Part shown: piece after piece, positions 25,357 through 37,082 of the stretch
Numbering within the stretch: the stretch's first letter is position 1
How the letters are laid out: each line of letters begins with the position of its first letter
Source of the DNA: Trichosphaerium sp. ATCC 40318
Taxonomy: Eukaryota > Protista > Tubulinea
Length of the DNA stretch: 64,000 bases
Assembly (NCBI GenBank): GCA_038496445.1
Contig: JALMLS010000138.1
Coordinates: 62,001 to 126,000, forward strand
Reading direction: 5' to 3'
The notes under the pieces: model-generated
The model's input: the letters and a program-made list of their open reading frames with translations, nothing else
Database searches by the model: none
Told to the model about the DNA's origin: nothing
Made by a program: the position numbers and the translations under genes

Positions 25357-26698
25357 TACGAACAAAACTCTTTTATTGATTTCCTGTTTTTTTCTTGCTT
25401 TTGGTTGAACGTTCCTCACAGTTACCACAAAAACCTTTGTCCGTAAATACACGCTAAAATTGTATAATCATATTAAGACAAAGCTGTATAGACACTCTTG
25501 CGGGTTGTCTAACTTTGTGGCAAGGCTGGGCGTCAACTTAAGAATAGCTTAGGGATAGTTTTTTTTTAAGTGACTTTGTAAGTTCTTATCGCTTATTGTC
25601 TTTTTTTATTTAGTATTGTTGAGTATCTACTCAATGTAGGTCGAGGTATATGTATACCAACTTTCTATTTGGTAAAGTCATTTGATGAAGGCTCTGTGAT
25701 ACTTGGATCTTACTGGGCTAATATTCACAGCCCGAAACTTTTGTACCTAGTCCATACTGATGTCACTCATTCTGCAAACCTATTCCTACAGTACTCAAAC
25801 GGTAAGTGTTTTATATTATAATTAATACGTTCAATTGATCAAACCAAATAGTTTCTGACCAAGTTATCAATACAGTACCATTACTTTTTCTTTTTTCTTC
25901 TTTTCCACATTTTTTTATCTTCAAATCACTGTACTTTATCATTGCATTTCTGTGCTATGTTTAGTTCTCAATAACTACCTTGGGCATTGTATTATACTGT
26001 AAAGTGTCAATACTGCTCTTTGATACATTTATTTGAGCGGTAGAACAACTTTAGTTTGTGAATCTGTGCTAAGTTTGTTTTTAGACAAAGAGAATCAACA
26101 TCCAATGATCTTCAATGGCACCACAGTTACTGCAGAATACATAAACAAAGCAGTCGTAAATAGTTACACTGCGTGTACGCTTGAAATTTATGAACTTGAT
26201 ATGCAAGACTCTAGTACTGCTATTGAATGTGCCGAGTATACCGATGATCGGTTGGCAATTGTTACTGCTTGTTATACAGTTGGTGATAACAAAAAAGGGT
26301 TAAAAGGTTACCTAGTTAATCGTCGTTATAAAGTACTACAACAGAATAAGGTTGGAAAGTACGCTACTTTAACTCCAACTGATGAACGACATATGCTTGT
26401 GTTGGAAGACTTTGTATTTTGGATTCGTGGAGAAAAGATATTTGGTTTTCAAGATGATGGACAATGTTGTTTTCTAAAGGCAACTAAATAGGAACCAATG
26501 AGGATATGCTCTCACAAACTAATAGCTAAACAAGCTCTACTTGTTGACATTTGAACATGATAGCAATCTTTATTGTAAGACAAAGAAATACAGTGCATGG
26601 CTCGTCTACCAAATTACCTTTCGACTTGTCTTCAATTTCTGTGTTTACAGTCTTATCCCAGTTGTCTATCGTGCCAATGTATTAACAAGGCACAAACA
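25225..26698 (+). repeat. Direct duplication, copy A (partner 27624-28970)
   Basis: Near-identical from 25225 to ~25600, indel-rich to ~25800, only ghost similarity in the middle; 26597-26698 is identical to 28869-28970. Confidence 0.85.
26033..26491 (+). CDS. Hypothetical protein fragment (152 aa)
   Basis: Open frame with protein-like composition, a non-ATG start and no recognised motif. Confidence 0.25.
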   Translation: MSGRTTLVCESVLSLFLDKENQHPMIFNGTTVTAEYINKAVVNSYTACTLEIYELDMQDSSTAIECAEYTDDRLAIVTACYTVGDNKKGLKGYLVNRRYKVLQQNKVGKYATLTPTDERHMLVLEDFVFWIRGEKIFGFQDDGQCCFLKATK

Positions 26699-26941
26699 AT
26701 GTTAAAGAATAACATAAACAAAAAGCTCTGCCAAAAGTTAAAGCAACACCCGTATTCTTTATGTTACCGCAGAAGCCCGTTACTAGGTGTCTCGAGGGAA
26801 AAATCAATTAAAACAATGAAAATTCTGTTTCGCTCTGGCGAGTGTAATGGTACGGTTAATTCGTAAAAAAGCCGTCTGAGATTTGCCTACCAAAATTAGG
26901 GCTTTAAAAGCCAACAATTATTACGACCATATCACGCGTTT

Positions 26942-27628
26942 ATGGCGGAGCCGCAATCTTCGTCGGTTAATTTACACTATGTTAACCGTTTGGCCTCTGG
27001 TTACCAACATTCAATGGTAATTGCAGACGATGGCTTTGTTTACACGTGGGGACGAAACGATGAGCGCCAATTGGGTAATACAGACAAAAATGAGAGTTCT
27101 ATCGCAAGACCAATAAAATCACTCATAAATATCGTCTGTATTGCTGCTGGATACCAACATAACCTTGCAGTTGATTCAAACGGTATTGTGTATGCATGGG
27201 GCTGTAATTTAGATGGTGAATTGGGTCTGGGTCACTTTAAGTCACCTGTATCGTCACCAACACGTGTTCCAAATCTCAACAAAATCACTCAAGTCTCTGC
27301 CTTTTTTGTGAGTATGACGTTATCAAAATCAGGTCATGTCTACTCTTGGGGAGATAACAGATATCAAGGATTGGGTCATTCATTCGACAAGAAGACAGTT
27401 TCATCACCAGCGGTTATTCCAAATCTTCAAAATGTTCAAAAAATTAAAACTAACTTGCGTGTAAGTGGAGCAATGACATCAACAGGTCATATCTTTCTTT
27501 GGGGAACAACAGAAGATGAACCAAATGATAAATCATTATTCTTGAATCCAAATACAATTTCACGTGTTCCAAGTATTGATGCCACTGATCATTGCCATTG
27601 GTGCTCATCACGTACTTGTTCTCCTTGA
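26942..27628 (+). pseudogene. RCC1/BLIP-II repeat protein, truncated at a duplication junction
   Basis: LASGYQHSMVIADDGFVYTWGRNDERQLG, IAAGYQHNLAVDSNGIVYAWGCNLDGELGLG, GHVYSWGDNRYQGLG. The fifth repeat (IAIGAHHVLVL) is +1 shifted near 27590 and ends at the repeat junction. No introns. Confidence 0.85.
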
Positions 27629-28970
27629 GTGGAGTGGCAACTTTTTTTGGCCTTATTTCGCTGTGCAAGGCAGACTTTCTTTTCCTGAAGCAGAGAGCCG
27701 TTTTCATCAAAGAACTCAATAACTCAAATTGATAAGGACAACGAGCGATAGTACGAACAAAACTCTTTTATTGATTTCCTGTTTTTTTCTTGCTTTGGTT
27801 GAACGTTCCTCACAGTTACCACAAAAACCTTTGTCCGTAAATACACGCTAAAATTGTATAATCATATTAAGACAACCTGTAAAACACTCTTGCGGGTTGT
27901 CTAATTTGTGGCAAGGCTGGGCGTCAACTTAAGAATAGCTTGGGAATTTTTTTTTATGACTTTGTAAGTTCTTATCACTTATTGTCTTTTTTTATTTACT
28001 ATTGTTGAATCTACTCAATGTAAGTCGAGGTATATTATACCAACTTTCTATTTGGTACTTTGATGAAGGCTCTGTGTCTTGGATCTTTGGGCTAATATCT
28101 ACAGCAAACTTTTGTACCTAGTCCATACTGATGTCACTCATTCTAAAAACCTATTCCTACAGTACTCAATGCGGAGGTAAAATAAGACAGAAAAATAAGT
28201 ACTTATCAAAAGCTGTGGTTGATCCCAATCGTGATTACAGTACCAAGTTTTTCTTTTTTCCTGAACATCTTGATATCATTCAAATCCCTGAACCTTTATC
28301 ATACACCAAAATTTAGTTAACAACTTCCTTGGGTCAAAGCCATACAGACTACAATACTGTATGTTTAATCATTTAGTGTAGCTAATAGTGATAAAGAAGT
28401 ATGACCAACCTGTGATAATCGTTCTGACAACATAGAAATGATCCAAGAGCAGCAATGCCTCAAAATTATGGATAAATAAACCAAATGTTTCGTAATTGAC
28501 AACAAGGTACGCAATAAAAAAATGTTTATTTGTATTAATTAACTGGTTTTGAATACCATAACTTATCTAGTACACTATTGTGACTGCATTCAGATGTTGC
28601 TAAAGTAAATATACAAGCTACCTTTTTTTATTGATTATAAACTGCTGTTAGAAGCCAAAAACGTCTGAAAGTACGTACAATCAAGTGAAAAACATTGAGT
28701 GTGTGAGTACTTTGATATCAGCAGGGTATTGGTTTTCAAGAGACAAAAATTTGGATTCAAACTGAACTATGTGTGTTGACTTGAATGATGTCACAGGCAA
28801 GGTTATGAAAAGGCTTGGTTCACTGTACTTGAGCGTCTTGACTTTATTGAGACCAAGACAAACAATGTATGGCTCGTCTACCAAATTACCTTTCGACTTG
28901 TCTTCAATTTCTGTGTTTACAGTCTTATCCCAGTTGTCTATCGTGCCAATGTATTAACAAGGCACAAACA
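27624..28970 (+). repeat. Direct duplication, copy B (partner 25225-26698)
   Basis: Starts cttgagtggagtggcaac exactly as 25225 and shares an identical 102-bp 3' block. Confidence 0.85.
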
Positions 28971-29117
28971 TGTAATACATGACATGGGAGAGTTTAAATA
29001 CATTAAATCACGTAGAACGTGGGAAGGATGGTACAAGACCAAGGTGAGTTTTAATGATTGGTCACAGGTGAAGTCCTAAAGTTAATGCATGGTATATTGA
29101 AACTGCTAAAGACTCAA

Positions 29118-31399
29118 GTTATCAGAAATTAAAGTAAATCGTGACAACACAATGGTACAAATACAAATTGCGGTGATTTTGGCTTTTGGTAGTAAAATAT
29201 TAAGTTTGTAACTATTCACAAACAACGGCTATTGGAGTAAGTATGAGAGTATTTAAATTACTCTACATACGTGGTGAGCGATAGAACCTTGTGTATCGTG
29301 AAATGTGATTGTAGTTTTCTATCACCATTTTATTTTCAGAAATCCTTTCAAATGAAGCAACACGTCCCATATCATCTCTGTCGCTGTAATATTATCTCTG
29401 GTATCATTGTGTACATGTCAAAGAGATCCTGGGTTTTATTTGGAGTAGCTACCCGCCCCAACTATTGTTAAGTATCCTCATCAGACTTATCTTTCAGTGG
29501 TACAAAATATAATTAGCGCTTCTATCACGTGACAATACAACAAACACTAAAACTCCACCTAGGGCTTGGTAATATTTTCGATGTTCCTTTCAATATCAAT
29601 CCAAATCCCATGCGACCGCCAGTTGTCCCAATAAGCATGTCCTTTTTTTATTTTCTGTTTTTCTGGTGTTTTATTTTTTTGTCTATCGTGTCAACAAAAT
29701 GGCGGTTTGGCGTTTACTTGTTTCTTGCTTCATTGGCGGTTTACGTTCAATCTCGGCTAGGCGTTGCTTAGGTTTACAAAACGAATAAATTCCACGCGAA
29801 AAGTTGTGCTTTTTATGGATCCATAAAACCTTTGACTTTTTTTGTTCAAATATCAGTTCATCCGTATCCGCTTTTTTCCATATTTGCTAAACAGCTTCAC
29901 TTTTGGTCTGTTTACACACTTAAAAGTCATTGCAAGCTGAAAATGCTTTGTTAACATCTCTACCGACAAATAAAAAACAAGCTTAACCCTTTGGAGTCCT
30001 TTTAATTCAAGCACTCTTTTAGTCAACAATGAAATATTTATTCTTATTAGTACCTTCATTGGATGGCCAAAATATTCTCGTTGGATATAATTTCTTTTTC
30101 GCTACAGATTTATCACTGAGAGACTTCGATGGCAATGAGATTTGTTCTGGTGTTGTAGATAATGCAGCAATTTATTTTGGACACTTCATTGACGAAACTG
30201 ATTTTTTCGCAATTGGACCATTCGCCCACTAATTATGCGTTTCCACCTTGATGTCACAAATATCAACGATTGCGTATCTGGTCCAATATCAAGTTGCGTT
30301 GTGAGCACTCCCTCATCTGAAATAACTTCCAGTACGCTGGTCTATTTTGTGACCTTTTTTTTGTTTGAAAGCTGTACCATCCTAGTTCACTCTTATTTTC
30401 CAATTGTTATTTATGTATTTGTCGGTTTATCAAACAACATTTTCATGAAGCTGGAACAATAATTGAAAAACTGTACAGCATGAAAATCACGTGATGGTTT
30501 TTTTAGTATTTTCTCAATTGCAGAATTTAATTGTCTTTTAGTAACAAATGGAGGAAGTGGTACAATGTACATTGCTATTTTGCAAGATGGGTCTACATCC
30601 TTTTATGAAGTTGAAATCTCTACTCTAACAACAATTCCTTGTGAACTTGATACATCAACACTTACTCAACTTGGAGATTCAGTTGGAGGTCGATTTACTA
30701 TTACTGTACTCGATGAAGATAGACTGCTTGCAACAAATCTGTCTTCAAAAGATACAATCACTATTGATAGGATCACAGGTATGAAGTTTGTATTGAAGAT
30801 TTTCTTGTAAACCACAAACTTAAAAAGGTTCCAGCCTTGAGTGGTGTATTGTTTTTTTCCAAGTCAGTTTTAGAAAGCAAAAATGCCGTTAAATTAAATT
30901 GGGTATTGACGTATTTAATTGTTGATGTTTTTTTCGTTTGTTATAATGCAACTATACTCAATGAACTTATCCTAAAATAGGTGAGCAAGTGCCATACATT
31001 ATGGCTCCAACTGATTTTCCTGCGTTTCCGTTTGTAATAGCACCTATTTTTTACCCACGTTCATCTCCCCCATGTGTTACTGTACGATTTCTGGTGTTAT
31101 TTTCTTTGACTTACAATGTAATAGATCACACCAGAGATGAATGCACTCAGAATTCAACTATTGTCTCAATAAACACACTTCATTTCTTGTAACATAGCTT
31201 AACATTTCTTCCTTGGTTCCTCTTGATGCCTTGCTGAAACCTTTTTTAACATATTTACATGGCTTTTAACCCAATTTTCATACCATTGTTGGTCACGTGG
31301 CGCTTGGAATTAACACGTTTGGTTAAGTCATGCTTGACTATGTACAAATTAAGATAACATAAACCAGCGTGTACAATGGACAACACCAATAAACAAAGC
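29118..31399 (+). repeat. Left arm of a ~2.2-kb inverted duplication
   Basis: Reverse-complement homology to 35185-37308 along most of its length, including exons, introns and flanks, with indels. Confidence 0.9.
29352..31172 (+). pseudogene. Disrupted copy of the 6-exon secreted protein gene at 35353-37082
   Basis: Same exons as the minus copy, with indels in exon 1 and an in-frame TAA at 30230-30232 (CAA in the other copy). Confidence 0.75.
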
Positions 31400-32203
31400 T
31401 TGAATCAAGAAAGCGAAGCTTTCCAATTTCAACGCTTGCCTCCGAGAGACGTTAACGTATATTCTATGTCAATTAGACAGAAAACACCGTATTATAGCGT
31501 CCTCTGTTTCTCATATGTTTACTAGCATCATTCTCTGCAATATTGGGTTCCATAAAATCACTTTAAAGGCGTCGTCAGAGTGTAGTTTCCTAAAAGGCTG
31601 CCCACTTCTTAAAAACACAAGAATAGATTGTACAGGATTGACACTTGCTCAACTTGACTTGCGTTGCCTTTATGGTGTCAGGTGCATAGACCTCGAACAA
31701 ACAGACATTACGGATGATGATATTTTAGCACTAGCACAAGGAGAGCACTGTATTCATTCTATTAGTTTGGGGTACACAGCAATAACTGACGCTTCATTAA
31801 TAGCATTGAGTGCTGTACATACGATTGATATTTCTAACTGTCAAATTACTGTTGAAGGAATTAAAGCACTCAAAGATGTTCAAGAACTTACACTAAGTGA
31901 TCCTCAAGAATCTTAAACTATCTTGGTAATGTACACACTCTTGTTGTTTACTCGGGAAGAATCATTCAAGATGATGACCTTAAACATTTAACCAATGTAA
32001 GCATCTTACGATCGGGTGGTTGCGGCAAGATAACAGATGCAGGTTTTGAGAATTTGCTTAACCTCGAGCACTTGAAACTGTTTTTATGTCGTTCAGTTAC
32101 AAACGATTGTTTGAAATACCTGACTTCTCTCAAAACAATTACAACTTTGGGAACTAACATTACCCAAGACAAGGTCGAGGCATTGGGTATAACTTGGATT
32201 TAA
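31376..32203 (+). pseudogene. F-box + LRR protein, frameshifted and internally deleted
   Basis: FQRLPP/ETLTYILCQLD (2-nt insertion), ITDASLIALSAVHTIDISNCQITVEGIKAL, ITDAGFENLLNLEHLKL...EALGITWI*. No introns. Confidence 0.75.
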
Positions 32204-32545
32204 CTGAGAGTCGTGGGTCATTAATAAAGTAATGTTTAACTTAATCACAAGCCATGAAATTTCAATCACCCCAACACCTATGTAACGTGCTTGGCAGAAT
32301 ACCAATTTGTACTTGCACGACAATAACTTTGGTATTCATGTCAGGAAATTCAAAACACGTGTAGGCTAATAATTGACAGGCAAAGTACGATTTCTTTTTT
32401 ATTCATTGTCACGTGATATATTTTTAGACAGTTTTTCTGTTCCTTGCATGTCTATGTGCGCTGGTTCCTACCATTACACTAAAACATGCGCGCAGGTTTT
32501 TATATGCTGAGTTTTCGTGTCGAGCTTAACTACGTTTACTAAGCA

Positions 32546-33848
32546 ATGCAGTCAATAATCAATTATTGCTCTGTGATAATGTCTAGCGTACAAAATGATG
32601 ACACAAATTCTCGGTTCGCCGAAACAATACCAACAGAGCTCATCGCAAGTATTTTTGAGTATACCACGAATGTAAAGCGATATACAGTTGCTCAGACATG
32701 CTGGCTATTCTACGACATTATTCACAAACATGTTGTTACGGTAGGATAATTGTACGCTCATCAGAGTCCATAAAGCTGCTGAGCGATAAGAAATCGCTTT
32801 TAACCAATACAGTTGTATCAAATCAAGAAAGGCAATGCCACGTTCATTGGCAGGTGTTAAGCGATTATCATTGTGGTACTTAAAAGTGACTGACAAGTGC
32901 TTTGAGATACTTGCTGGTATTAAGGAATTAGATGTATTCTGCTGTAGCAATATTACAGATGAAGGTATACAATTCTTATCCGGCGTACATACTATAAATA
33001 TGAGCTGCATGTACCAACTAACAGATAAGTCATTGGAAGCTATCTCAAGTGCTTACAAAGTAGACATTACACATTGTTTTCGTATCACTGATGAAGGATT
33101 GAAATCACTTACTGGTGTTCAATGGATAAATATCAGCTGTTGCCATGTTACCGACAATGGTGTTAAATCACTGCTCGGGGCTCACACAATAATGTCACGT
33201 TGTAACAACATTGATGGTTCTTGTTTTACGCACTTGGCTAAAATGGTGAAATGAGTCTTCGTGTCATTGATTTTGTAAGAATGTTATTCCTGGTCACATA
33301 AAACATTTGTCAGGAGTACACGACATTAATATACGTGGGTTGATGGTTAAAAATGAATACGTCATAACTCTTGTTGGTGTTAGTGTACTCTCATTGTCTC
33401 AGTGTAAACAGCTTGCTGTAGCTTCAATATCAGCATTTTCTGGGATTCACACCATCTCTTTTGGATTATTTAGTCATTCAAGACTGATGGCTTGAATGTT
33501 TATCAAGGGGTTCACAAAATACTCATGTGCTATTGTAGAAGTGTAACCGATAACAGATTGAAATCACTTGTAGGAGTTCATACTATAGGCTTAGTTAATT
33601 GTAGAAGTATCACAGATGAAGGTCTTATTCACCTTGCTGGTGTACATACAATAGGGTTGAAAGGATGTGTCCTAGCAACAGATAGAGGCATTAGGGCGCT
33701 TGCTGGTGTTCATGCAATAAATCTATGTGATTGTTCTCTTGTAACAGATGAAGGGATATCAGCGTTCAAAGGTGCTTTCAAAATTATAATAATAGGTACA
33801 AAATGTACAGAAGATGATGTCATTGCATTGGGTGCAAAATGCAATTAA
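32546..33848 (+). pseudogene. F-box + LRR ('GVHTI') protein, several frameshifts
   Basis: FAETIPTELIASIFEY, then more than ten repeats such as ITDEGIQFLSGVHTINMSC and ITDEGLIHLAGVHTIGLKGC, split over several frames with no splice-like gaps. Confidence 0.8.
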
Positions 33849-34149
33849 TCAAATAATAAATCCTTTTGTTGGTAATACTTAAACAATAATCAGCGCTTTG
33901 TCTTATTACAAAGCAAACCCATTTTAGAACTCCTGTTGTGTTAAAACAAATACTTTAAGATTAGCTCATTACGGATAAACATCGGTGTTTAGTTCTTCGA
34001 AAGACACAACTGTGTAGCACAATGCTATTGAATTTAAGTCATCCACATGCGACACGCTCCATATTAAGGTAACTATGTAACATTATAACTATACAACGCT
34101 GAACACAAACGCAAACCCAATTCAAAAAATAAGGTTCCCAAAGACTACC

Positions 34150-34986
34150 ATGAGTCAACCCAAAAAAGCTAAAATATCACGTGATACAAACCCAAGCTCA
34201 ACCATTTCTCCTTTCGAGATATATGATACAGTATCGCTGATAACGAAAATGGCGTTTTCAGTCATTAAACTATACGATGTATGCTCTTGGACGCGACTAA
34301 ACACAATATTCCACGAGGTGATTAACGAAGAGTCTACAATGTTATATTACTACAAGAAACATTTTGTTGACTCCGAGAAGACTGAAGAAAACCTCCCAAC
34401 TCCATCATTAGCGAAGATATATCTACACAACCGGCTTAGATTTGAACACAAATTTAGTTGGTCTTATTCTTTCTCTTACAATGTATATGATGGATTCAAA
34501 GGTCCAAACATTTCATTTGAAAAGTTTAAACTAAACAAGAAGTATGGAATACCAAGTTTTTTTTTCCACAAAGTGGAAGCAAAATTTCAAGAGGACTATG
34601 GCATTAACGAACGTTTGACAATAGAAGTAACAGTATTCCCATCAAAAGCTGCTATTGGTACAAATTCAATAGAACTTTGCTTTTCTTTTATAACACCTGA
34701 CAACAATGGAGATGATTATGTCAGCGTGAATTTGCAAAATGAGGTTGCAATTGAGTGTGATGCAGAAAAGTCCACCATTAAAATAAATCAGGAACAAGCA
34801 AATTTATTAGTTGAGCTTCTACAAAATCATGTAGAAGACTATGAAATGGATTCTAAACCATATGATCCAAAGGATATTGTGGGTTTGGTTCTTTGTTGGA
34901 TGTGTAAATGTACTCAAGATGTACCAGTTGACAGAATGAAGGATGGATGGTATTTAAAATCTAACACGAAGATAGAACACATTTAA
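34150..34986 (+). CDS. 278-aa intronless hypothetical protein with NLS-like start and degenerate F-box-like region
   Basis: Intact ATG-TAA ORF followed by AATAAA (~35033). PKKAK at the N-terminus; FEIYDTVSLI...WTRLNTIFHEVI...YYYKKHF has F-box-like spacing. Confidence 0.6.
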   Translation: MSQPKKAKISRDTNPSSTISPFEIYDTVSLITKMAFSVIKLYDVCSWTRLNTIFHEVINEESTMLYYYKKHFVDSEKTEENLPTPSLAKIYLHNRLRFEHKFSWSYSFSYNVYDGFKGPNISFEKFKLNKKYGIPSFFFHKVEAKFQEDYGINERLTIEVTVFPSKAAIGTNSIELCFSFITPDNNGDDYVSVNLQNEVAIECDAEKSTIKINQEQANLLVELLQNHVEDYEMDSKPYDPKDIVGLVLCWMCKCTQDVPVDRMKDGWYLKSNTKIEHI

Positions 34987-35352
34987 GGTTAATACAATCA
35001 AAAGCAAACTATGTTTATGTAGAAGTGAATCGAATAAAAAAATCACAAAACAAGTTTGGCTGTACGTGTTTTACAAACATTTGGGTAACCTTCAGTTTGA
35101 CTTTTTTGTAAATCAACAACAACAACCTACAGAGCTTACGAACAACATGGCGAGCAGCAATCACCCATCCCACCTAAAATTTTCCTTTGTTTATTCGTTG
35201 GTTTATGTTATCTTAATATGTACCTTAGCTAAGTATGACTTAACTAATACCTGTTAAAAGCCATGTAAAGATGTTAAGAAAGGTTTCAGCAAGGCATCGA
35301 CAGGAACAAACGAAGAAATGTTAAGCTATGTTACAAGAAATGAGGTGTATGT

Positions 35353-37082
35353 TTATTGAGACAATAGTTGAATTCTGAGTGCATTCATCTCTGGTGTGAT
35401 CTATAACATTGTAAGTCAAAGAAAATAACACCAGAAATCGTACAGTAACACATGGGGGAGATGAACCTGGGTAAAAAATAGGTACTATAATCTGAAACGC
35501 AGGAAAATCAGTTGGAGCCATAATGTATGGCACTTGCTCACCTAGTTTAAGATAAGTCCATTGAGTATAGTTGCATTAAAACAAACGAAAAAAACATCAA
35601 CAATTAAATATGTCAATGCCCACTTTAATTTTAAGACATTTTTGCCTTCTAAACTGACTTGGAAAAAAAAAATACACCACTTCCGGCTGGAACTTTTTTA
35701 AGTTTGTGGTTTACAAGAAAATCTCCAACACAAACTTCATACCTGTGATCCTATCAATAGTAATTGTATCTAATGTCGCAATATTTGTTGCGAGCAGTCT
35801 ATCTTCATCAAGTACAGTAATAGTAAATTGACCTCCAACTGAATCTCCAAGTTGAGTAAGTGTTGATGTATCAAGTTCACAAGGAACTGTTGTTAGAATA
35901 GAGATTTCAACTTCATAAAAGGATGTAGATCCATCTTGCAAAATAGCAATGTACATTGTACCACTTCCTCCATTTGTTACTAAAAGACAATTAAATTCAA
36001 ACAAAAAAAAAGGTCACAAAATAGAACAGCGTACTTGAAGTTATTTGGAATTTTAAAGGTGAGGTAGTACTCACTCCACAACTTGATATTGGACCAGATA
36101 CGCAATCGTCGATATTTGTGACATCAAGATGGAAACGCATAATTTGTGGAGATGGTCCAATTGTGAAAAAATCAGTTTCGTCAATAAATTGTCCAAAATA
36201 AATTGCTGCATTATCTACAAAACCAGAACAAATCTCATTGCCATCGAAGTCTCTCAGTGATAAATCTGTAGGGAAAAACTCTGTATATCCGACAAGAAAT
36301 ATCCGGCCATCCAATGAAGGTACTAATAAGAATAAATATTTCATTGTTGACTAGAAAAGAGTGCTTGAATTAAAAGGACTCCAAAAGTTTAAGCTGGGTT
36401 TCCATCGGCTGGGTAAACCGAATGTAGATGCTAATAATTACAACACATATAATCCATTCATTTACTTGGGCGACAGTTAGCTGGTACCCAGCTAAGCCAG
36501 TGAGCAACGCTAATATTTAATTTGTGGGTTTTTTAGAAATTGCGATTTAGGTCACATGTATCACGTATGCTTCCCACATCATTGGCGTGGTATCTGATTT
36601 TGAACTACTATTTGCTCAACTATGTAGATAGCTTAAACTCGGGAGTATGGACCAAACATGTGACCTAGTTTGAAAAAAATTTTGACGGAATAGTCAAAGT
36701 TGTTATGTCAACTTTTCGCGTGGAATTTATTCTTACGTATGCCATTTTTTTGACACGATAGACAAAGAAAAAACACCAGAAAAACAGAAAATAAAAGAAG
36801 GACATACTTATTGAGACAGTTCGCATGGGAGTTGCGTCGAAAGTAAAAGGAACATCGAAAATATTAACAAGCCCTAGGTGTACTGCTTTAGTGTTTGTTG
36901 TTTGTCACGTGATAGAAGCGCTAATTATATTTTGTACCACCGAAAGACAAGTCTGATGAGGATACTTCAACAATGTTTGTAGCTGCTCCAAATAAAAACC
37001 CAGGATCTCTTTGGCATGTACACAATGATATCAGAGATAATATTACAGCGATAGAGATGATATGGGTAACGTGTTGCTTCAT
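35353..37082 (-). CDS. Secreted acidic beta-rich protein, ~290 aa, 6 exons, unknown family
   Basis: Phase-compatible splicing gives MKQHVTHIISIAVILSLISLCTCQ (signal)...SFG|VHLGLVNIFDVP...|IPSLDGRIFLVG...|ITNGGSGTMYIAIL...DRIT|GEQVPYIMAP...CVT|ITPEMNALRIQLLSQ*. Confidence 0.7.
36548..36667. mobile_element. Candidate 120-bp MITE in an intron
   Basis: TAGGTCACATGT (36548-36559) and ACATGTGACCTA (36656-36667) form a perfect 12-bp inverted repeat, read as a 10-bp TIR plus TA flanks. It lies in intron DNA not shared with the paralog. Confidence 0.4.

Noticed and set aside
22760-28800. Stop-codon reassignment or selenocysteine suggested by in-frame TAG/TGA
   Set aside because: The stops replace different residues (W, Q, K), co-occur with frameshifts and are absent from conserved genes, which end in TAA/TAG. 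This is ordinary pseudogene decay.
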